A stretch of DNA of 21,675 bases from a virus, in the IMG/VR virus record IMGVR_UViG_3300045988_132541, positions 1 to 21,675 of that record, one strand, 5' to 3'. Position 1 is the stretch's first letter. Every line of letters starts with the position of its first letter. Position numbers and translations under genes: made by a program. The notes under the pieces were generated by a model. It searched no databases. It had not been told where the DNA came from and was given only the letters and a program-made list of their open reading frames with translations. Below, piece by piece: positions 16,787-21,675 of this stretch.

Positions 16787-17182
16787 ATGAATTTTACGAT
16801 TACAAGCCAACAAATTGTATGGATTTGTGGCTTCATAGCATCCGTTTGGGGTGTTGTGAAGATTATTAAAGAATTGAAAAAGCCGAGCGATGATTTAAAA
16901 GCTAAAGTTCAAAGACACGATGAATTGCTTCACAAAGATAATGAGCGATTAAATTCATTGGAAAAGATTACGTTGAATCAAGAAGGAATCAATAAAAAGC
17001 TAGAAGAACATGCTCGCATTTTGTTCGATTATGATGGTAGATTGGATGAAGATAAAGAAAGAAGTAATTTGCTACTTAAGGCAAACATTGCAATCTTGAA
17101 TGGTTTATTGTCTGATTCAGATAAGGAAAAGCTAGTCGAAACTAGAAATGAAATTCAAGATTTCTTGGTCGAAAAAAATTAG
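16787..17182 (+). CDS. N-terminally membrane-anchored coiled-coil protein in the lysis cassette (BhlA/XhlA-like architecture; function unknown)
   Basis: I prefer ATG 16787, after GTAGGTGG. One N-terminal TM helix (QQIVWICGFIASVWGVVKII) is followed by a K/E/L-rich coiled coil. Confidence 0.55.
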   Translation: MNFTITSQQIVWICGFIASVWGVVKIIKELKKPSDDLKAKVQRHDELLHKDNERLNSLEKITLNQEGINKKLEEHARILFDYDGRLDEDKERSNLLLKANIAILNGLLSDSDKEKLVETRNEIQDFLVEKN

Positions 17183-17194
17183 GAGGTATAATTC

Positions 17195-17299
17195 ATGGAA
17201 GAAAAAGAAGTAAAATTTGAAGATTTATCAGAAGAAGCTCAATCAGAGTTATCAAATGGAAAAGAAGAAGGTGAAGAAGAATGTCATATTCAAGCTTAA
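17195..17299 (+). CDS. Possible 34-aa highly acidic micro-ORF overlapping the endolysin start
   Basis: AGGAGG (17181-17186) lies 8 nt before ATG 17195. The translation is MEEKEVKFEDLSEEAQSELSNGKEEGEEECHIQA. It ends 19 nt inside the endolysin ORF in another frame. No homology was recognised. Confidence 0.3.
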   Translation: MEEKEVKFEDLSEEAQSELSNGKEEGEEECHIQA

Positions 17300-18366
17300 C
17301 AAATAAATATATTCCTGCCAGCGCAGACAACTATATGCGAGGACGTGGTGGCTATAAAGTATGTAAAATCACACCTCATCATATGGCATGTCAGTGGTCG
17401 GCAGAACGATGTGCTCAATCATTCCAAGTAAGCGGAAGAATGGCTAGTGCAAACTATTGCATTGGTTCAGACGGTACGATTGTTTCGAATGTAGACGAAG
17501 AAAACAGAGCGTGGACATCATCAAACTACTACAACGATTGCCAATCAATTACAATTGAAATTGCGAACGATAATACAGATACGTGGACAATCTCACCAAA
17601 AGCTTGGAACGCATTAGTAAATCTATGCGTGGATGTATGTAAACGATATGGATTCAGATTAAACTACACTGGTGATTCAACTGGAAGCTTGACAGAACAT
17701 AGAATGTTCGCAGCAACATCTTGTCCTGGTCCTTATTTACATTCTAAGATGAATCAATTAGCACAAGAAGTAAATGCTAGATTAGACGGTCAAACAGTGA
17801 CACCAACGCAACCAAGTGCTCCAAGTGGCGAAAAATATTCAGTCGGTACACCTATCTGCACAAATACATTAAGCGTTAACTGTTACGGAACTTCTAAAAT
17901 CTTAAAAGGAGATTGGAGTGGAATAATCGGACGTGTAATCAAAGGTGCTAAATATCCATATCGTGTTGATCGTAATGGGGTAGCTATTGGATGGACAAAT
18001 GATGCAGGTATCGATACAGACCCTCATACACCAGTAGGAACGACGCAATCAAGTAGTGAAGCTATCGACCAAATCTTGCATGAAGGTAACTATGTTACAT
18101 CTGTGCATATGAAGATTGGTAACCAAGGCTTGAAAAAAATCGGCGATGACTTATGTTGCTATTTATCAAAACTAGGTGGTTGGTTTCCAATTCGTATGGT
18201 AGACAAAGTGCCAAACTCAGATGGATATAATGACAATGTACTTCATACCACAAATGCAGTAGTCTACGTATCTAGAATCAGAGTCGATGCAGTGAATGTT
18301 CAAAAGAATATTGTCAAGATTGGTGGTGTTTGGGTTGATCCAACACCGTTAACAGAAATTGCATAA
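17281..18366 (+). CDS. Endolysin: N-acetylmuramoyl-L-alanine amidase (Amidase_2/PGRP-type) with a C-terminal cell-wall-binding region (SH3b-like, inferred)
   Basis: It has the motifs ITPHHM, SANYCIGSDG, ENRAWTSS, SITIEIAN and LTEHRMFAATSCPGP. A linker TVTPTQPSAPSG leads to a ~170-aa C-terminal region. Confidence 0.88.
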   Translation: MSYSSLTNKYIPASADNYMRGRGGYKVCKITPHHMACQWSAERCAQSFQVSGRMASANYCIGSDGTIVSNVDEENRAWTSSNYYNDCQSITIEIANDNTDTWTISPKAWNALVNLCVDVCKRYGFRLNYTGDSTGSLTEHRMFAATSCPGPYLHSKMNQLAQEVNARLDGQTVTPTQPSAPSGEKYSVGTPICTNTLSVNCYGTSKILKGDWSGIIGRVIKGAKYPYRVDRNGVAIGWTNDAGIDTDPHTPVGTTQSSSEAIDQILHEGNYVTSVHMKIGNQGLKKIGDDLCCYLSKLGGWFPIRMVDKVPNSDGYNDNVLHTTNAVVYVSRIRVDAVNVQKNIVKIGGVWVDPTPLTEIA

Positions 18367-18406
18367 AGAGTAAAAATAACACATTCAACTATTTTTTCGT
18401 ATATTT

Positions 18407-18438
18407 AGCCTATGATTAAGTTCATAGGCTGTTTTTTT
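18407..18438 (+). terminator. Rho-independent terminator of the late operon
   Basis: The stem AGCCTATGA (18407-18415) pairs with TCATAGGCT (18422-18430), followed by G + T7 (18431-18438). Confidence 0.85.
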
Positions 18439-18488
18439 ATGTTCAAAAATGTATGCTCATAGCATAATGCTTCGCCTGTGATCGTTTT

Positions 18489-18520
18489 TGATAAAAGAAA
18501 AAGACCTATTCAATAGGCCT
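18489..18520 (-). terminator. Rho-independent terminator of the minus-strand RHH operon
   Basis: The minus strand reads AGGCCTATTGAATAGGTCT (stem with one G-U pair) followed by TTTTCTTTTATC. The stem abuts the stop codon at 18520-18522. Confidence 0.75.
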
Positions 18521-19086
18521 TAATCTAAATCGATACCGTAATATCCACCAAATGAGCAATTCATGTATGCTTCTTCATCTTCATCCCAATCTTCACAGAA
18601 GTATTCGCCGTACATTTTAACAAATTTACCATATCCAACTTCGATGGCAATATATCCGTTGATTTTGTGATTGTCATCTGAACCAAATTCATCATGAATT
18701 GCTTTATCATTACTTGCACATTCGTATGATCCATTAACTTCAGTATAAATTTCGCACGATGTATTTAATTCGCAGATTCTGTCTTCAACGTCTGAAGGTC
18801 TTCCAAAATATCCTTTGAATTTTCCAAAATCATCATAATCTTTTAGTTCCTGGATGAATTGGTTAAAATAAGCTTCGTCTTGATTCATTTTGTCGATACT
18901 AAACATATCTAGTCCATCCAATGCGTTGGCTTTCTCAATTGTTTGATTCATTGCGTCTCTAATAACATCCGCTTGAGATACTCCTAAAGCTTTGCAAGCT
19001 TGTTTAAATTCTTCGGCAAAATCATTTTTGAATCTAGCAGAAATAATTGTCATTTTTTCTTTGTTGTACTTGTCTTGTGGTCTCAT
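18520..19086 (-). CDS. Ribbon-helix-helix (CopG/RelB-antitoxin-like) N-terminal domain fused to an unknown, very acidic Cys-containing C-terminal domain
   Basis: 188 aa. The N-terminus MTIISARFKNDFAEEFKQACKALGVSQADVIRDAMNQTIEKA has the strand-helix-helix pattern of RHH proteins. The remaining ~130 aa are D/E-rich with 5 Cys, and I recognise no family. The SD AAAGGAG sits inside the end of the upstream mini-ORF. Confidence 0.6.
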   Translation of the reverse strand: MRPQDKYNKEKMTIISARFKNDFAEEFKQACKALGVSQADVIRDAMNQTIEKANALDGLDMFSIDKMNQDEAYFNQFIQELKDYDDFGKFKGYFGRPSDVEDRICELNTSCEIYTEVNGSYECASNDKAIHDEFGSDDNHKINGYIAIEVGYGKFVKMYGEYFCEDWDEDEEAYMNCSFGGYYGIDLD

Positions 19087-19087
19087 G

Positions 19088-19174
19088 TTATTCTCCTTTG
19101 TGTTTTAGATACATTGCATAAATGAATTTTGCAATTCCAATTGCGATAAAAAATATTCCTAATTTTACTAGCAT
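19088..19174 (-). CDS. Possible 28-aa hydrophobic peptide
   Basis: My own translation is MLVKLGIFFIAIGIAKFIYAMYLKHKGE, with one TM-like helix. Its stop TAA lies 1 nt before the RHH gene ATG. There is no clear SD, so support is weak. Confidence 0.25.
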   Translation of the reverse strand: MLVKLGIFFIAIGIAKFIYAMYLKHKGE

Positions 19175-19213
19175 AATATACGATGAATAAGTTATAATGA
19201 GTTAGGGGAGAAG

Positions 19214-19324
19214 CTATGTAAGCTTCTCGATAATCAATAAGATTAACCCAACTGCTAAGTCCAAGATTGATTGTATGATTAGAGACGTCCAATCGATTTT
19301 GGATTTTTTAAATTTCTTATTCAT
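19214..19324 (-). CDS. Possible 36-aa membrane peptide, first cistron of the moron
   Basis: My own translation is MNKKFKKSKIDWTSLIIQSILDLAVGLILLIIEKLT. A perfect SD AAGGAGG (19332-19338) lies 7 nt upstream of the ATG, and the promoter is immediately upstream. It has a Lys-rich N-terminus and one TM helix. Confidence 0.45.
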   Translation of the reverse strand: MNKKFKKSKIDWTSLIIQSILDLAVGLILLIIEKLT

Positions 19325-19346
19325 AACCTTTCCTCCTTACATATAT

Positions 19347-19375
19347 ATTATAGCATAATGCTAGCATATATGCAA
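19347..19375 (-). promoter_or_regulatory. Strong sigma-A-type promoter with extended -10, overlapped by an AGCAT/ATGCT half-site array (operator-like)
   Basis: The minus strand reads TTGCAT (19375-19370), a 17-nt spacer, then TGcTATAAT (-10 at 19352-19347). An A-rich UP-like tract lies upstream (19385-19405). The half-sites are listed in the findings. Confidence 0.7.
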
Positions 19376-19590
19376 GCATAGGCAATACTTTTCTTTTGCT
19401 TTTTTTGGATTAAATACCGACTTTGGAAAACTCTTCAAAAATTAAGATATCGTTTATATCTTGATTACATCTTAAAAGGAATGGATTCTATTAAATATCA
19501 TTTATTCTCATGAATTCTGCACCTATATTTAAAACACAAATTAATGTTATAAACGCATTATCTTTCTACGAAAAATTTACAAACTAAAAT

Positions 19591-19616
19591 AATTCCCCTT
19601 TAAATAAAGGGGAATT
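19591..19616 (-). terminator. Terminator hairpin downstream of int (T-runs on both sides, potentially bidirectional)
   Basis: The 11-bp perfect stem AATTCCCCTTT (19591-19601) pairs with AAAGGGGAATT (19606-19616) around the loop AAAT. The minus strand continues ATTTTAGTTT and the plus strand continues CTGTTTTTG. Confidence 0.7.
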
Positions 19617-19650
19617 CTGTTTTTGTATAGAGTTATGACTTATTTATGAC

Positions 19651-20730
19651 TTAAAAATTTGAAATTGCGTTCAAAACCTCATCTTCTTCCGTATCAATAA
19701 GATGGCCATAAATATCCATCGTAGTACGTATAGATGAGTGGCCTAGACGTTTCGATATCTTGTACATATTTACACCCGCCTCGATTAAATTTGAAGCATG
19801 TGAGTGCCTTAACGCATGAATATTGAATTCAGGAACTCCAGCTTCTGCACACAATTTGTTTTTTCTTAGTCTTAATATCTCTGGGTCCATATGTCTATAT
19901 CCACCAAATATAAACCACGTCTCTTCAAATTCATCAAAAGAAGAATAGTATTTCTTCAATTCATAAATAAACGATTTTGTCTTTTCATCAACTGCAATCT
20001 TACGAATTGAATTCTTGGTCTTAGGTGTCTGCCACTTACCACGAATATACTGTCTGCGAATATGGATGTATTTACCATCGAAATCCTCAAAGGTTAATGA
20101 TAAATATTCAGATACACGCATGCCTGTCATATACATCGTCCAAATTGCGTATGCCGTATCTTTCCATGCTCCACCTCTACATGTTACTGCATAATCGAAA
20201 AGTGTCTTAAAATCACTTTTAGACACGATTTCAAGCTTTTTAGCCTCCGTGGCAACAGGCCTTGTCAAAGGAGCCATCTTAAAAAATGGATCATTGACTA
20301 TACCATAATGTTTCTTCGCGAATCTAAAGATATTTCTAAGATTTGTTAGTAACGTCTTTTTGGTCGAATACTTATAAGATTTGATTTGTGGCAATTCGAA
20401 AAAGTTATCGATATCAAGATATGTAATCTTGGCTATCTTCTTATCGTTAAGCGGAGACAACATATTCAGGTACACTCTTTTCGTATCCAGTGTGGATGGT
20501 TTCAACGTTCTAGACTTAAATTCATACCATTTTAAAGTAACTTCATAGAAGGATACGTCCTGGTCTCCAACAACCTTGATCTGCATGGATGCAGATTCAG
20601 CAGCTACTGCTTCTTTTTTAGTGTTAAACCATTTAGAGTTTCTTTGAACACGATCTCCATTAAAATCGGTGTAATAGCAGCGGAATCTCCACTGCTTCTT
20701 TCCATTGTGTAGGCGCTCATAAATAGGCAT
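19651..20730 (-). CDS. int: Tyrosine recombinase / phage integrase with an N-terminal arm-DNA-binding domain
   Basis: 359 aa with the SD GGAGG at 20739-20743. The N-terminus GKKQWRFRCYYTDFNGDRVQRNSKWFNTKKEA is an arm-binding-type pattern. The catalytic motifs are TGMRVSE (R), HALRHSHAS (HxxR) and GHSSIRTTMDIYGHL (H...Y). Confidence 0.92.
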   Translation of the reverse strand: MPIYERLHNGKKQWRFRCYYTDFNGDRVQRNSKWFNTKKEAVAAESASMQIKVVGDQDVSFYEVTLKWYEFKSRTLKPSTLDTKRVYLNMLSPLNDKKIAKITYLDIDNFFELPQIKSYKYSTKKTLLTNLRNIFRFAKKHYGIVNDPFFKMAPLTRPVATEAKKLEIVSKSDFKTLFDYAVTCRGGAWKDTAYAIWTMYMTGMRVSEYLSLTFEDFDGKYIHIRRQYIRGKWQTPKTKNSIRKIAVDEKTKSFIYELKKYYSSFDEFEETWFIFGGYRHMDPEILRLRKNKLCAEAGVPEFNIHALRHSHASNLIEAGVNMYKISKRLGHSSIRTTMDIYGHLIDTEEDEVLNAISNF

Positions 20731-20758
20731 TTAAATTTCCTCCGTTCTATGCTAAAAT
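20730..20758 (+). promoter_or_regulatory. Candidate plus-strand promoter (extended -10) facing away from int
   Basis: TTTAAA (20730-20735) is followed by a 17-nt spacer and TGcTAAAAT (-10 at 20753-20758). It overlaps the int start/SD on the other strand. The -35 is weak. Confidence 0.3.
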
Positions 20759-20764
20759 GAGCAC

Positions 20765-20858
20765 ATAAAAAGTTTGATGTGGTAGTCATCTTTTTATGTG
20801 AGAGTATTGGTAGTACTCTTAATCGTCCTGGATGTTGGTAGCATCCAGGACTTTTTTT
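20765..20858 (+). ncRNA. Candidate ~94-nt structured RNA: three hairpins with (U)UGGUAG loops, the last being an intrinsic terminator
   Basis: HP1 has stems 20762-20772/20790-20800 (inner ATG/CAT) and loop TGGTAGT. HP2 has stems 20801-20806/20814-20819 and loop TTGGTAG. HP3 has stems 20825-20834/20842-20851, loop TTGGTAG, then T7 (20852-20858). The strand is assigned from terminator polarity only. Confidence 0.3.
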
Positions 20859-20870
20859 GCTTAATATCGA

Positions 20871-21675
20871 TTATGAGTTCATAGGTGGGAGCTTATACCA
20901 ATCGTATGGAAATCCTAGCTTTTTAAATATTTCATTTTCATTGATTGAATTAATACTCTTGGATAAATGAACCATTCTTTTTCGTATAGAATTATTAAAA
21001 GTAGCAAAGTTACCAGGTGCAAGGAAAATTCGCATTGTCACAAAAACGTTAAATACATCTTGTTTGCTATCATTATTTCCAATATTGTAAAGACTATGTA
21101 ATTCATTTAAATATTGCGCATTTCCTTTACATTTGAAACCAATAAACTTGTTGCTATGAGCCGTGATGTTTCGAATTTCATGAATGTTTTTTAAATAAGA
21201 TAACAATTTATTAGAATCCAAATAAATGGTAGATACATTTAATGCTTTATTCGCAAAAAAACTGTATTTTTTAGCTATCTTGTTTTGATCAGATTGTTTC
21301 ATCAGTTCATAAAATTGAACTACTTGTCCGAACGATAGATAATTCATAATTACCCATAGTGGAACATTAAAATGATGGTTCAAATAATGTTTGACAGAAT
21401 TATCGTTTTTTTCTCTTTCCTTTTGTGCAATTGTTTTAGAAATACCTGAAATTAAATTAACAGTTTTTGTAATTTTTGAACAATCAAAATTATTTACATT
21501 CAAATAGGAATAATCTTCTGGATGTGATTCAGAAAAATAATAAGCAATCATTGACTTTAAGCACTTTTCTATATCAATAGTAGCTTTTAGAAAAATACTT
21601 TTTATCTCTTTATCAAAATAATAAACTGATAAAATTTCATTAAAAGATACATCATGTAAATAATTATCTGTACCG
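20871..21675 (-). CDS. Abi_2-family (AbiD/AbiD1/AbiF-like) abortive-infection protein with a HEPN RxxxxH motif. 5' end lies beyond the window
   Basis: It has the motifs VPLWVIMNYLSFGQVVQFYELM and LKNIHEIRNITAHSNKF (R-x4-H). The reading frame stays open upstream of the track Met (21551) to the window edge (..GTDNYLHDVSFNEILSVYYFDKEIKSIFLKATIDIEKCLKS-M..). That stretch includes the family-typical YYFDKE.. region, so the true N-terminus is outside the window. Confidence 0.75.
   Translation of the reverse strand, partial: GTDNYLHDVSFNEILSVYYFDKEIKSIFLKATIDIEKCLKSMIAYYFSESHPEDYSYLNVNNFDCSKITKTVNLISGISKTIAQKEREKNDNSVKHYLNHHFNVPLWVIMNYLSFGQVVQFYELMKQSDQNKIAKKYSFFANKALNVSTIYLDSNKLLSYLKNIHEIRNITAHSNKFIGFKCKGNAQYLNELHSLYNIGNNDSKQDVFNVFVTMRIFLAPGNFATFNNSIRKRMVHLSKSINSINENEIFKKLGFPYDWYKLPPMNS

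Noticed and set aside
18441-18475. Functional promoter at the distal AGCAT/ATGCT site between the two convergent terminators
   Set aside because: On either strand the -35 is poor, and the minus-strand -10 equivalent is TATGAG. No ORF follows it in either direction. It is better explained as an operator copy or a recombination scar.
19083-19292. 69-aa minus-strand track ORF upstream of the RHH gene
   Set aside because: It has no SD before its ATG, and its sequence is compositionally odd and non-hydrophobic. It overlaps both mini-ORFs in another frame. The perfect AAGGAGG at 19332-19338 serves the ATG at 19324 instead. Its ATGA overlap with the RHH start is noted, so it cannot be fully excluded without Ribo-seq or conservation data.
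20777-20785. Mini-ORF ATG-TGG-TAG (Met-Trp-stop) inside hairpin 1 as a Trp-sensing leader peptide
   Set aside because: Only one of the three units keeps this reading. HP2 lacks the ATG, and HP3 has an extra T that abolishes the stop. There is no SD, so this is most likely a by-product of the loop motif.
20762-20858. tRNA, tRNA fragment (att core), CRISPR mini-array or ToxI-like repeat array as explanations for the TTGGTAG hairpins
   Set aside because: TTGGTAG resembles the tRNA D-loop consensus and the 7-nt loops have an anticodon-loop-like format. However, there is no acceptor stem, no T-arm (GTTCGAATC-like) and no cloverleaf. For CRISPR there are only three units, and only 6-7 nt is conserved rather than a 25-40-nt repeat. 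For a classical type III ToxI array the repeats would be near-identical, upstream of the toxin gene and on its strand. Here the stems differ, and the element is downstream of abi with opposite terminator polarity.

Overview
This window is about 21.7 kb of a temperate siphovirus-type phage or prophage from a low-GC Gram-positive (Bacillota-like) host, using the standard genetic code (TGA is used as a stop). All family names come from motifs I recognised in the translations. No database search was run.

Layout:
- Bases 4-37 are an exact Illumina Nextera adapter, so the left end is an assembly or library artefact and the small-terminase gene is missing.
- 48-18366 (+) is one tightly packed late operon with many ATGA/TAATG overlaps. 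In order it carries: large terminase, HK97-type portal, prohead protease, major capsid protein (N-terminal coiled-coil delta domain plus an extra C-terminal cadherin-like beta-sandwich domain), head-tail joining genes, major tail protein, tail chaperone with a canonical A_AAA_AAG -1 frameshift site, tape measure, Dit, Tal, a stand-alone CHAP hydrolase, a multi-gene tail-fibre/receptor-binding block, XkdX, a terminator, then a lysis cassette (holin, a membrane-anchored coiled-coil protein, an Amidase_2 endolysin).
- 18367-21675 is a minus-strand accessory/lysogeny block. It holds a self-contained moron (strong extended -10 promoter, two mini membrane-peptide ORFs, an RHH-domain acidic protein, a terminator), a probable attP region, a tyrosine integrase, and a 5'-truncated Abi_2 (AbiD/AbiF-like, HEPN RxxxxH) abortive-infection gene.

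Most interesting unexplained signals:
1. The abi-int spacer has three consecutive hairpins that each display (T)TGGTAG in the loop at exactly 28-nt spacing. The last one is a plus-strand intrinsic terminator, which suggests a candidate ~95-nt structured RNA.
2. The RHH/mini-peptide moron has an operator-like array of AGCAT/ATGCT half-sites over its promoter, and a 13-bp copy of that array on the far side of the cassette.
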